From Kondoa subrosea (lineage: Eukaryota), in the NCBI GenBank assembly GCA_039545335.1, contig BCIN01000005.1, positions 772,641 to 836,640 on the forward strand: DNA of 64,000 nt. Direction: 5' to 3'. The notes under the pieces were generated by a model. It did not search any database, was not told where the DNA came from, and saw only the letters and a list, made by a program, of their open reading frames with translations. This document shows, piece by piece, positions 1-12,538 of the stretch (positions are counted from its first letter, which is position 1; every line of letters starts with the position of its first letter). The translations under genes were made by a program, and so were the position numbers.

Positions 1-1117
1 TATACCTACATCATCGCAAAAGGTAGTAGCAAAGAGATCAGGTGTCATGAAAGTTTCTGTATGTTCATGTCAATGAACGCCAGGAATCGTCAGAATAGAT
101 GCATACCTCGCAGATCCCAGATGAAACAATCTCGAATGTTATGCGTCTCCGTTTCCAGGTCTATTCGTATTGGTACCAACATAGCTTTTTGCTCTGCTCG
201 GAGTTCTAAATTTTGTTCAGACCTGTTCAATACGTACCAATTGATAACTCGAAAGATAATGATTGGATCGCTACGAACAGATAGACATGCCTAGCTCGCT
301 TAGCAGGTTCTGCGATGACTAGATTACCCGGCACATCTTTACCCATAAAGCTCTTCAAAGGCGGTGTAGGTAATGCCGGTTCAGGTGGACCTTGAGGTTG
401 AGGTGTCGCTCTTGAACTTGTCGGTGCGCTCAGAGCTGCTACCGCAGCTGCAGCTTCAGCCGCTTTTCTGGAAGCCAGCAGTTGTCTTCCTCTAGCAGTC
501 AAACCCGCCGCTTCAGCTTCATCCAATTCCGTAGGATCCGCTTCCAAAGGATCAGGTTGATCTAAAGATTCTACTTCTGCATAATTGATAGCTGATCGAT
601 TTCTTCTACTGCCTCCAGATTGGACGTAAGTGAGAACTTCTGGTTTTTGAGCTGCTAGGACTTTGGCTATATTGGGTTGCATGAGATTGGTAGTGCCTAG
701 TTTGATACGCGAAGGATAAGTGGTCATCCCTGCTTGTACAGTAGGATGAAGCCGAGTGAATGGAGGAAGAGGGTCTTCTGAATCGGTAAGGACATGTGGT
801 CTTAGGGACGAAGCTGTAGTGGAAGGCACAGATGTGGGAAGTGAAGGACGAGAAGTGGAAGCAATTGGTGTGCTAGCGTTCGAGGGAGGTAAATATAGCT
901 GAGGCGCTGAAGAGCGAGTCGAGCGTTCTGGAAGGGTAGAAGACCGTTGCTGTTGCTGGACTGCTGTGTTCGGCGGCTGTAAACCAGTTTGATTGACAGG
1001 CAGAGTAAATCTCGTCGAGAGTTCAGCTACAGCATTCGCGTAAGCTTGTTCGTTGTTGCCATGTATTTTGCGTAGTCTTGCAATCTCAGCATGCCAGCTG
1101 CTCGTAGCTAGCGACAT
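1..1117 (-). CDS. SFH1: SNF5/SFH1-family chromatin remodelling (RSC) subunit; 3' end runs off the window
   Basis: ORF 227-1126 (ATG at 1117; RRNRSAINYAE motif). Downstream exons read LVPIRIDLETETHNIRDCFIWDLR and FMTPDLFATTFCDD, the SNF5 repeat. Confidence 0.85.
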
Positions 1118-1413
1118 CTTCGCCAATATTCAATCCACTGATTCAATCCAAGACAATGGCCAAAACAGGTATCACAGCCCTGGTATATAGGCTTATGGGT
1201 AACTGACTGTAGTTTGCGAGCGTGTTCCGCCTAGACTTGGCCGAAGGTAGACAAGAAATCGAAAAATCAATAATGCGCTTTGTCCTATGGCGAGCGAGCG
1301 GCTCTGCGCTAGAGTAGTCCAGTGCGCATAGTTCTGTGCCCGAGATACCCTTTTCCTCTCGTCTCAAACTCGTTCTTTGTCTTGCTCCAAATAATTTGTG
1401 AAGTTCATCTGAC

Positions 1414-4400
1414 ATGGCAATTTTTGGGTCTGCTGCAATTGTAGCTAGCACGCCAGCTCGTCGAGCTCCTCAATCAAGTCGTCAGAGTTCTTTGCGCATC
1501 ATTGTTCCTACATATGGTTCTACTCTCGTTCGCCATGCATCGAACAATACATCTGGAGAAAGTAAGGGAAAGAAACAGTCAATACTAGAAGAATCAACTC
1601 GACGCTTCTCTCATTGGTCTGTGGATCGTGCTCGAGTGGCAGAAGATACCGATTTTGGTGATCTTGCATCTACTTACCGTCATGCAGCGAGCAAAGGTCT
1701 TCCTCCCATTCAGTCTCCTGCTTCACCTACTTCTCCAGTGACAGACAAGTTGAAGAACACTGCTTCTCTTTCTTCACCTATCGCTAGCAGCAGTAAAGTC
1801 AAGATTGAAGATTTGGACCCTTACGATGCACCAAAAGTTCAAGAACATGAAGATTACGACAATCAAAGTTGGCGCTTTCCAGACAATGTCGAAGGAGAAT
1901 ACTCAATTCACGCCGTAGAGAAGAGTCAGGTCAAACATCAGCCTTCAACGTCCACTAACGCTTTCGAAGCATTCGAACCCCAATCTCCTTCTCTCACATC
2001 TGGACCTTCTTTCCATACCGAATACGTCGATATGGATCAAGATTTTAACTACAATTCTATAGATATCTCTGCAACCTCCGACTTCACACCTGAAGAAATC
2101 AAGAAGTTCGAAGCTGATATAGCAGAACACGAAGATCTCGATTTAGGTTTCAATCGAGAACCAATGCGTTTTGTTCCTCCATTGATACAAACACCTATTA
2201 AAACTGGGATAGAACAAGATCCAGTTTTACCTTTACCTCATTACCAACCTAAATCGAATGACTTGGTCTCGTTGTACGATATTCGATTAAGAGCTATTTC
2301 ACAAACTGGGAAACCAAGATTATGGATGAACAGAAGGAAAGAACCAGATTTAGCTAAAGAAGCTTCTCATCCCCTCACAGCAAATCAAGCAGCAAGTTTA
2401 CAAGCTTACTCTGACAAACAAATGAGATTGATTGATATGGAACGTGAAACGATGCAAGATTTGGCGGACAAAAGGTTGAAGACTAGAACGCCTTTACCAG
2501 GTGATAAGCTTGTCCTGTTCGATCTGGCTACTAGATGGGATTGGCCGAAATCACAGTTGTACTGGAGAGAACGCTTGGAAAGATCTACTGGTCAACCGTT
2601 AGCTAAAGGATCAAAGGTGTTGGTCTGTGAAATTGGCAAAGATAAGCAAGAGCATGATTTGAGGTGAGTTTTCTTCAAGGTAAGCGGTCTGGAGTAAAAT
2701 TAATCTCTGCGCAGACCTGGTTCCAAGATACGGATCACTCAATTTCCAAGACCGAAAGGTCCTGATGGCGAAAAGGTCGAAGAGCAAGACTTCATCATGG
2801 CAGATCTTCTCAAAGTTGACTCTCAGCGACTACAACTTATGATCGAGGAAGCCGATGTACCCAAAATGAATTGGTCACGTGTCAGGCGAGTTCTTCCTTG
2901 AGCATGACAGCCTAGTTGAGCTGACTTTGCGAAAAGACTCGATTATGCTTGGGATGATCGGGTATACCAACTCATGGAATCAGCTCAAGCGAAACTTTTG
3001 CTTGACTTGGAGGCTCAAGAAGAAGCTCAAAGATTCATCGATGCGAAGGCAGACTATTCTCAATCCACTTGGCATACGTCTCTTGTCCTTTCCGGAACGC
3101 ATCTGCGGAATATAATAATACCTGCACCAGATCCTACAATACGCATCAAAGCTTCTCCGCCGTCTTCACTCTTGACTGACGATGCGCGAGTCAACAGCTG
3201 GGTCAAACGACACCTACATCTACCTTTCCTATCCATGCCTGGTGATCCCAAACTTAATCTCAATGCAACCCAAATTCAAGCTATTGCTACCGCTTTGAAT
3301 TCTCCACTTTCTCTAATTCAAGGACCGCCTGGTACCGGTAAATCAGCTACCATAACTAATCTCATCCATCTGCTCAAGGTCGAATTTCAGCTGCCTCTTC
3401 CTATTCTCGTCTGTGCTCCAACACATGCTGCGGTCGATCACCTTACTGCAAGCATGTACAAGAAAGGACTTCGACCTTTACGACTAGGAAGAGAAGAAGC
3501 AGTTCGATCTGATTCTGTCAAATGGACAATGGATCGATGGCATACGCGACATCAGAAGTACAATGTTCTACTTTGGGCCAAAAGGCAAGAAGTAGAAGCT
3601 AAAGCGAAACTTGATGCTTACTTGGAAAAGGACGCTTTGGCTGATGCTGGGATTCACCTTGATCCGAAAGAGATGGATCTACCTAGTCTTGAGAAAGCTC
3701 ACAAGAAGGCTAAGTCGGCTGCTTGGGGACTCTACGATCGAATATGTCAAGACGTGTACAGTCATGCTGATGTGGTACTTTCGACTGCTATGGGAAGCAC
3801 TGGGTACTTGTCAAGACATGCTGATTTCCCTTTGGTTCTGCTTGACGAAGCTGCTCAATGCAATGAGGTAAGTAATTTTCCAGATTCAGGATGCGAAGTG
3901 CTGATTTTCTTATAGGCCACATCTCTTATACCGCTCATGAAAGGTTCACGACATGCCGTACTAATTGGTGATCATAAACAATTACCTGGTGTCTGTCAAA
4001 GCAAGGAAGCAGCGGAAGCTGGCTTCAATGTCAGCCTATTCGAAAGATTGATGCACTCTGGTCGTGAGTTGGTTTTTTCTCTGACATTTGCGTATGCTGA
4101 ATGGACGGGATTAGACGTGCCTTCTGTTATGCTTGATACACAGTATCGTATGGCTCCTGAAATAGCAGAGTTCTCTAGCGGCGAGTTCTACGACGGCAAG
4201 CTTAAGAATGGCAAATCTGTCAATCGAGTCACGCCTGTCAGTTCTCAATATCTAGACCATTTGCAAAAAGTAGCTATGGTGAATCACCAATTTGTCGAAT
4301 CGCAAGGATCTACAAGTCGTTTCAATCAAGGTGAAGCAGATCTAGTAGTTCAGCTCATTGAAGATTTATTCAAGCGAAATCCTGGTATTCGTCAAGGAGA

Positions 4401-4930
4401 TATTGGTGTCATTTCCCCTTATGTAGCCCAAACTAGAGTCATCAAGAAGCTGCTGGGCAAGAGAGCAGACCCACAAGCGAACGCTTTCAGAGATGTGATC
4501 GAAGTCCGCACGGTCGACGGATTTCAAGGAAGAGTAAGCACCTACGTTTGCTTTCGAAAGTCTGCGCTGACTAGCAGAGTAGGAAAAGGATGTGATCATA
4601 TTTTCAGCGGTTAGATCTAACGCTGGCCGTTATATTGGCTTGTAGGTGTGCTTTGTCAAGACTAAAGTTTGACTGATTAAGTCTCTTCCAGCCTGGCTGA
4701 AGCTCGTCGCTTGAACGTCGCACTTACAAGAGCTAAAATGGCTCTTTTCGTGGTTGTAAGCTTAGTCCCTCTCTAGCGATTGTCAGATCTGATGTCGCTT
4801 GCAGGGCAATGAATTGACTTTAGGTCAACCGCGACCAAACGATCTCAATATTCCCAATTCAGGAGTATGGGAGAGATACATCAACTGGGCGAAGCAGAAG
4901 GACTTCGTCCGACCTTGCATAATGAAATGA
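1414..4930 (+). CDS. Upf1/DNA2/NAM7-like superfamily 1 helicase with long N-terminal extension (multi-exon)
   Basis: Motifs in order across exons: IQGPPGTGKS, CAPTHAAVD, LDEAAQC, LIGDHKQLP, SLFERL, LDTQYRM, GVISPY, TVDGFQGRE, RRLNVALTRAK. No Upf1 CH zinc domain seen. Confidence 0.9.
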
Positions 4931-5314
4931 TGTAAAATAGTATCTTCTTGTAGAGCAAGCACCGAAATCCCAACTCTTTCGAATCTCTGGTCTGCGCGTG
5001 CATTCATATACCTGACCAACATGATACCTCAGACTGCCGTTACCCTGCAATAGTAATACTTTCGCACAAGCTGTCGCGACATGCGTCTATTCGGTTTGGA
5101 CTGGATGTTTGGACAGGACAAGGCACAAACAACCGCGGAGAGCGTCTCTCATCAATCGCGAGCCATTGTAGAGCTTCAAACGTCCCCGCCGTAAGCATCT
5201 ATTGTGTTTCACTGATTTGCACGCTGAGTCCACTCCAGCAACAGCAACACTGCTATCCCTATCCCAGAGTCTTCATCAACTGCTTCTTTTCAAGCTGAAC
5301 CTATCCAGGACAGA

Positions 5315-7408
5315 ATGCCACATTCCAAGCGAGATCGTGACTTTCAACATCAACCTGCTGGTGTTTCTCTCGCATCAGATGCTAAATCTGACTCCTCTAC
5401 TGAGGAAGAAGACAATGCCTATGAATCTGAATACGGAGACGAGGGAGACGCCGACTCCCAACCTGGGAGTCGAGACGACCGGAGAAAATGCTCGAATTGT
5501 CGAAAGGTAGTTCTGGGAAGTATGTGTGCCGATCGATGTCCAGTATGTTACATGTACCATCGGCGTCATGCTCAAGAAAGGCCAGAACACATTCTGAAGC
5601 GAGGGAAATATACATCTGGCTTCAAGGTCGCCAGCCAATACGGGCCTAAAGTCGCTCCTTCTATCGCTGCTCCTGCTTACTCTTCTTCTACTATTCCAGC
5701 AGAGTCTTCGACGCCTGGATTAGCGCGTCAAGGTGTGAATGTGCGATCCGGCAATAAGCGAAAGAAAGGCTTAGCTCGTACAGAATCAGAAGATTCGAGT
5801 AAAGACGATGCTTCCAATGGCGGCAGCGGCTCTAGGCCATGCACGAATTGCGGTGGCACGGTAATTCAGAAGCGCAAAGAGGGAAACTGCAACGCCTGTT
5901 ACCAATACGAACGAAGAACTGGCAAAAGACGACCACCAGGTACTCGGCCTAGAGGTTCTGTAGCACAACGTCTAAAACAACTGCAAGCTGCTTCAGAAAG
6001 TCCTGTTCCTACTGCTTCTACCCTCGTTCTCAAACCCAAAATTACAATGAAGGCAATGGACTCTCAGCTCGGTGGCTTGCGACCAAGTCATTACAGGCCC
6101 AAACGGAAAAGGCAATCCGTGTCTGTTGATTCAGACTCAAGTGACAGCGAAACGTCTTTCGATGACTCTGATTCTTCTTTCTCCTCTACTTCGCCATCTG
6201 AAGACGATAGAGATGAAGGAGAAGAGGAAGGAGTGGAGACCGATGCGCCCATCTGCGCCAATTGCAACAAGAGAATCAGTCCTGGTACACCTCGTTCCGG
6301 CTTCTGTAATGCTTGTTATGATTGGCAGCGTTCTCATGCCGATCCCAGACCTACATATCTCTGGAGCACAACGAAGTTCTCTCGAGGCAGAGTCGATAGC
6401 AGACGAATTCGGCGCTCCAAGCAGCAGACCAAAACTGCATTGCAGATTATCAACTGCGACCACACACAAGCTGAACAACCTTCTGCTACTGAAGAGCTTC
6501 AAGTTTGCTCAAATTGCTGCAAAGGAATCTGGCCTGGCAAAGCTCGTTCTGGATTCTGCAACCCTTGCTATTCTTACCAATTGAGATTCTCGGGGGTGAT
6601 GAGACCTTCATCTCTGTGGAGCAACACCGAATTCTCTCGGGGGAAAATTCAGACAAGGCGGGCTCAGCGCTCGAAGCCAAAGTCAGCAGGAGAAGAAGCT
6701 GGATCTGATCAAGACTCTGAGGAGAAAGCGGCTGAATTGGAAGAGGCTCAAGTATGCACGAACTGTGAGAAAAAAATTTGGCCTGGACGAGCAAGAACAG
6801 GAAGATGCCAAGCTTGTTACAGCTATCTGAATTTTCATCAAGTCGAAAGACCTGATCGGTTATGGAGCGATTCAAAGACTTCACGTGGACGCTCTCGTAA
6901 CTCAAAGGCTGGTCGATCGACTTCTCGCAAGTCTCTTCCGTGTCGGAAAAGGCTCAAAGGCAAGTCAAGTGTGTTATTGGATGAGAAAGGATCGGAGAAT
7001 GATGCAGAAGCCTCGGTCAATTTATTTGCTCCCTGTGCTGCAGACCTTCCAGCACAGCTTTCCAACGCCATGCCTTCAAGATCAGCTTTCCCAGCACATG
7101 AAACGTCGCCCGCTGCAGAAGACAATGTTCTCCCGAAGCTTTCCCTGGAGGGACTTCCGCTGTTCTATGCTTCTTTACAGCATCTGAACCCTCTTTTCGG
7201 TCCAGCAATGGCTATGAAACTTTGGAAACTTGGTGTGAAGGTGGTCGAGGATTTGGTGTTTCTGAGAGACGAGGATATGCTCGATCTAACAGAATTTCAT
7301 AGGTGAGTTCAAACCCTGTTATAGCTTATACACCGTATTGACGAGCCCTACAGACGCTTGCTTCAAAACCACCTTGCTGAAATAGCGGACAGAAGAATGG
7401 CTCCTTGA
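5315..7408 (+). CDS. Protein with five GATA-like C-x2-C-x12/13-C-x2-C zinc fingers and a C-terminal SAM-like helical domain
   Basis: 663-aa ORF plus a short last exon after an intron at ~7303 (stop 7408). Five CxNC...CxxCY.(Y/W)...RP units separated by acidic/basic low-complexity linkers. Confidence 0.75.
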
Positions 7409-7458
7409 CAAATACCACAATTATAATACCGTTCAATGTAATACATCATGCGAATAAA

Positions 7459-9094
7459 TCATGCTGTTCTCCTCAGACCAATCTTCATAGACTTTATGCC
7501 GAACCCCGGCTTGAAAAAGTCGATATCGCCTTTCGAGTATTCGATCTCGATAGTATTACTTTGACCCAACTCGTATGATGGTATGAACCAACAGTAACCG
7601 ACTGAGAGCTGTAAAGAAGGCAGAACGAGTTCAGCGAAAGATCTTTGAATTGAAGCAATCTTACGAAGTCAGGCAACGACGAATGTGAATTGCCTTCTTT
7701 GCCTATTAAGATTTTGGCCTGTAATTCCCTTGCACAAGCGAAAGCAGTGATGACACCCGCTTGTGGCTGCAATCGACGTGTAGTGAGATCTTCTTGTTCT
7801 TTATTTCCGCGCTTTGTCTGCCAGAAAGTTAGAGATCGCTTTCAAAACTTAGGAAGGACTTACCTCCACAAAGACAACTTGAGACTCTATAACATCCGTC
7901 TGATCATCCCACATATCATCATTCCAGTCAGACGAGCCAAATTCCGTCGCTGCGCGCTTGCCCACTGAATCAAGGTACGATTGCTTGTAAGCTGAAATGG
8001 AAACAGAGAAGTGTCTCAGTAAAGTCTTCTGCAGTAGCGGAACCTCTTCTGCCGATGTCAACTCGATAAAATCAATCCTACCCGCCATTCAGCAAATCTT
8101 TGATTGTGCAGATACAGCTTCACTGACTGAATTCGACCTTCTTGTGACATCAGAGCATTGTTCTGTAATATACGACTAAAGTATCCAGCAAATCTCCTCT
8201 GAGACGGTATTGAAACTCCACGAGCTCCTTCGATCGGCTGCATCCGCTTTGAAGTATGAAGATCGAAAACAGATTGAAGAAGGTCGACTGTCGCTCTTGC
8301 TTCGCGTCCTGAATCACTAATATCTTGAGGCTCATCTGAAGTACCTCCAGTACTTTGTAGTTCTTCGTTATTGGCAGCACCAGTAGTAGCTAGGTTAAGC
8401 TCTTCTGAGGCTGTAATGAGATAACAGCAAGTCATTGTTCCAGATCTTCCTTTACCAGCCTACTCGCGCACGTCAGTATGCTTTGTCGAGCTTGAAACAG
8501 TAATAGCTTACCTTGCAATGTATAACAACAATGGCTTGCGGATCAGAATTCAGAACCTCTCGCATACTTTTGACGAAAGGAGGAATCATTGCTAAAGGAG
8601 GCGGATGGTGATCAGGAAATGGAAAGCGAGAAACTCGATTATCGAAATAGCTAGTGTCGTATTCGTTCTCACTTCGAGCTATCTCGTATGATTAAAGCGA
8701 GCAATGCTCATCAGGTGAAGACAACATACGGCAGAAGTTAAAGATATGATAATTGCTGTGCTTCTCGTGCAACCAGCGCTTTACATCTGATCTTCGGTTT
8801 CTGTAAATGCTTTCGAATCCGCTTGATGGCCAGCCCTACATGACGCAGACGAGAGAAAGGATGAAGAAGAGAAAAGAAAGAAGAGGACCATCGTATCAGC
8901 CAGTATCGAGCAAATGCTAACAAGTCTAACCATAATAACAATCCTTGGAGTGATATAGCATAGATCAAGGTTGTAGCCTGCCTCTTTGTCTACATAGCGA
9001 GCCTTGTTTCCTGTGATTTCTCTTCAACCCGCAGTCCTGTGCGCGATGCTACAGCTAGCTGACCCGAGACCTTCGTTCGTATCAGATTCGACAT
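7459..9094 (-). CDS. TEP1: PTEN-like phosphoinositide 3-phosphatase
   Basis: Spliced reading gives LDLCYITPRIVIMGWP, YRNRRSDV, FPFPDHHPPPL, catalytic HCK|AGKGRSG (split by an intron), GVSIPSQRRF and C2-type CWFIP. Confidence 0.9.
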
Positions 9095-9299
9095 TGCAGA
9101 CGCGGAATCTTTCAGCAAGAACACGAGAAGGGATATGTGAGGAGGCGGCTTTAGGGTATATGTACAAGTGTGTGTCTTTTGACGTCGCTATAAGAGGACA
9201 ATAGCGGATCTGAAAATAGGTGACGTTGCTTATTAAGCAAGCAAACTCTTTAGAAGCCAGCGAAAACATGTACAAGACTCTACTTGTCATGCCGACTAT

Positions 9300-11026
9300 T
9301 TATATACTTGCAAACAATTCCTCGTACTTGTCCATCGCATTTTGTATACAGTCATGAGCATACAAGGTTTGCTGGGTAGTTCTGAAGAGCAATGTGTCAA
9401 ACAATGCGCAACAGCGGAAGACATTTGCTCGACTGACTTATCAACAGCTTTATCAGGGTTCTCTCCGCCGGTGCTGCTTGCTTTTCTGAATGCTTCATTA
9501 CGTGCTTCTGCCGCACTTTTATCTTTCAGATGCATAGCTTTGCCATTAGCCGCTGCAGTCTTGACGGCCCAGTCTGCTCTTTCTTTTCGCAAAGCTTGAT
9601 AGACTCGTAGAGCTTTGTTGATGTCTTCCTTCGACTTGACTTTGCTTAGAACGACGCCTAATACAGCTGCATCCTAAATGGCACATTTAGTTCAGATTCT
9701 GGCAATCCGGATGCAAGTGCCTACTTCTATAGCTAATGCTGCACCCTGTGCCAGATCTAACAGAGAGTTCATCAAGGCTGGTTGTGCGCATTCCCAGTGT
9801 TTGCTTACGAGGTAAAGTTGCGTGACAAGCATCACCTACTAGAGCTACATGGCCATCAACCCAAGAAGGTAAAGGCTCATGTACTCTGAGCTTCCATTCA
9901 AGCACATTTTCACTCGGGACTAAATGTAAGAGTTTCTGAACACGAGGGTTGTATTCTTTGAACGTATCGAGCATTTCAGCTTTCGAGCCAGAAGTGGTCC
10001 ACTTAAGAAGTTTGTCAGCAGAAGAAAGATGATGTATATCAAAAGAGTGCTTACACTGTCTGATTCCGCAAAATGTATATCCTGCAAGACGGCATCAACT
10101 AACGCACTATACCTCATCACAGAAACTTACTGGATGAGCAGTAGACATGTTGAAGACAGTCCCTCCGCAGATCGGATAAGCAATGATATGTCTGCCCGGA
10201 GCAATCCATCGATAAGATGCTATTATCGTATTAGCGATATTATACGCAATTAACAAGAAAACTCACTGCTATCAGTGAAGAAGGGGATTAATTCTGGATC
10301 CTCTTTGATCTGATCCCGATGAACCAAGATTCGATAAGCTGCTTGACCAGTATCGACTACACTATCTACTTGTCCTTGTTTTGCCAACATTGTTCCCCGA
10401 GCTTTCGACTTGACTCCATCTGCTGCGAGAATGATATCATAGTCGAACCAAGTTGATTGACCATCCTTGGTCTCGACCTTTATTCGAGGTGAAGTGCCAA
10501 AGACATGCTCTGTAACCCTATGCCCAACATGTATTTTGATCTTGTCGCCTTGTCGTTTGACTCCTTCCAGTAGAGCTTTCTGCAAGTCTTTACGATGAAG
10601 TACCTGTATATCTTGTTGGCCTGAAAATATCTTCAGAAATATAGGCATACGATGAAAGGATAACCGAATTCCTTCTGAATGTAAGAATAATCGACCCGGG
10701 ATAAGATTTCATCACTCGTCGCATCTAGAACTTGTACGCCTTTAAGAAAAGTAGATTCACGAGTAGCAACATCCCTAAGCAAATCATTAAGCGCTTTTGC
10801 ATTTTCCTTATGAGATGAGATGAATTCACAATATGCCCCATCTCTCCAATACTCTGGAAACATTCGGAGAAGAGTTGATTCCTGCTCCTACTTCCCCAAT
10901 CGCACTTGCTGCTTCATGCACAGTTACTGAAAAGCCTTGTTGTGCTAGAGCTATTGCACAACTTAAACCTCCTACACCTGCACCTATGATTCCAATTCGA
11001 CAAGTCTCAACGAAAGAGGCCGCCAT
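9300..11026 (-). CDS. FAD-dependent monooxygenase (salicylate hydroxylase-like, class A)
   Basis: GAGVGGL Rossmann motif, EVGAGI, ADGVKS (DG motif), LVGDACHATLP..AQGAA (GD motif). Confidence 0.9.
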
Positions 11027-11377
11027 TCCAGCCAAAGTTAGCTCGACGAGTAGAAAGTGTCAGAGTTGGAGCTCCGCGTCGCGGCACCAAATACGCGGAA
11101 CTGATGGCTGCGTTCAATCGCGCCTGTTTGAGACAGTGCAGACACAGTAGAAGCAGTAAAGGAATGAGGGAAGAGAGGCAGATGTTCAAGAAAGTGCGTC
11201 GGAATGATTGTTTATCCATCGCATTCGAGGTCCACTGCTATTTGAAGAGCATGGGCAAATTGACAGCGCGACAAGGGATCCAGCTAACTCTTGCAAGCCG
11301 TTGTGTCATTTCAAGCAGATTAGCAGAATCCGATTTTTCTCTTCTCGAACCAATAAGTCCTGCCAATACTGTTCAAG

Positions 11378-12437
11378 ATGAGCCAGAAACGCAAGCCAGA
11401 AGATCAAGAGGAAGATGTAGAAATGAAGGAGCTAGTGGACGTGGATTTTGACTTTTTCGACTTCAAGGAAATTGACTATCATTCGCTCGGTTTGCTGCTC
11501 AGGCAACTCTTCTCTCACGACGCTGCAGAATTGGATATACCTGCTTTAACCAACTTCATCATCGAAACCAAGTTTGGCAGTACAATCAAATGCGATGGAG
11601 AAGAAAGCGACCCTTATGCTTTTTGTACAGCGATCAACTTGAACGCTCGGCAACAGGTATAGTCTTTCATAGGTCGTCGTAATGATTCACTGACTCCTTG
11701 GGAATTGGCAGAATGCAGCCATAGCCCAATTGACAGCTTACTTGCTAGCGAAAACCTCTTCTTCACCTAAAGCCAAAGCAATTCATGATCTACTTTCAAC
11801 ACTCTCAACTCCTTCTGAAAGACATCTAGGTCTCGTTCTCAACGAAAGACTCATCAACATGCCTGCTCAAATAAGTGCACCGTTACTACGGATTTTGGGT
11901 GAAGAAGCACAAACAGCTACATCGGAGGTAGGCTTTCTTACTCATTTGCTGTATCAGCTCTGCAGATTTTGAAATGGCTCCAGGGCAAAGCATACAATTT
12001 CTCCCAGCTACTTTTCTTCTCCCGAATCTTCGTACCTTCATCCAGCAACTCGATGGAAGAAGAAGACACAACCATGACTGGATCAACAGATCAACAACCA
12101 GTAAAGAAATCTAAAAAGAAGAAGAAGCATCAATCGGCTACAGAACCTGTCATTCCATCTGCGCAGGCGGGAAATGAATTCTTCGCTTACCATCCTGAAG
12201 ATGAAGTTATTGAAAAGGTCAGTAAAGTTTGGGCGAGCATCAGAGTCACTCTGATCTTGCCTTTGAACTTGTTGACAGTTCGCAACATGTACTTATGATT
12301 TCAATTTCACTCACTCGCCGGAACGAGGAGAAGATGCATTTGGTGTCGAAACCAAAGGTCGCCTTATGTTAGTACCGTTTGAGAAGCTGTCAGAGGTCGT
12401 AGCCGCATTAGAAGCAGAAGGTGCAAACACATCATAG
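11378..12437 (+). CDS. BCP1: BCP1/BCCIP family protein
   Basis: VDVDFDFFD..IDYHSL..LLRQLF, GSTIKCDGEESDPYAF, GLVLNERLINMP, YHPEDE across 4 exons. Confidence 0.9.
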
Positions 12438-12538
12438 ATTCTTTTTAGTATGCTAGTAATATATGCGAAACTTGTGAATGTATTATATGAACAGGCATAA
12501 AATGGTTTCTTTGGTATACTCCTTTACTCCTCGCTACT

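Noticed and set aside
2974..4930. Calling the helicase UPF1/NAM7 itself
   Set aside because: There is no N-terminal Cys/His-rich domain, so only family-level motifs are supported.
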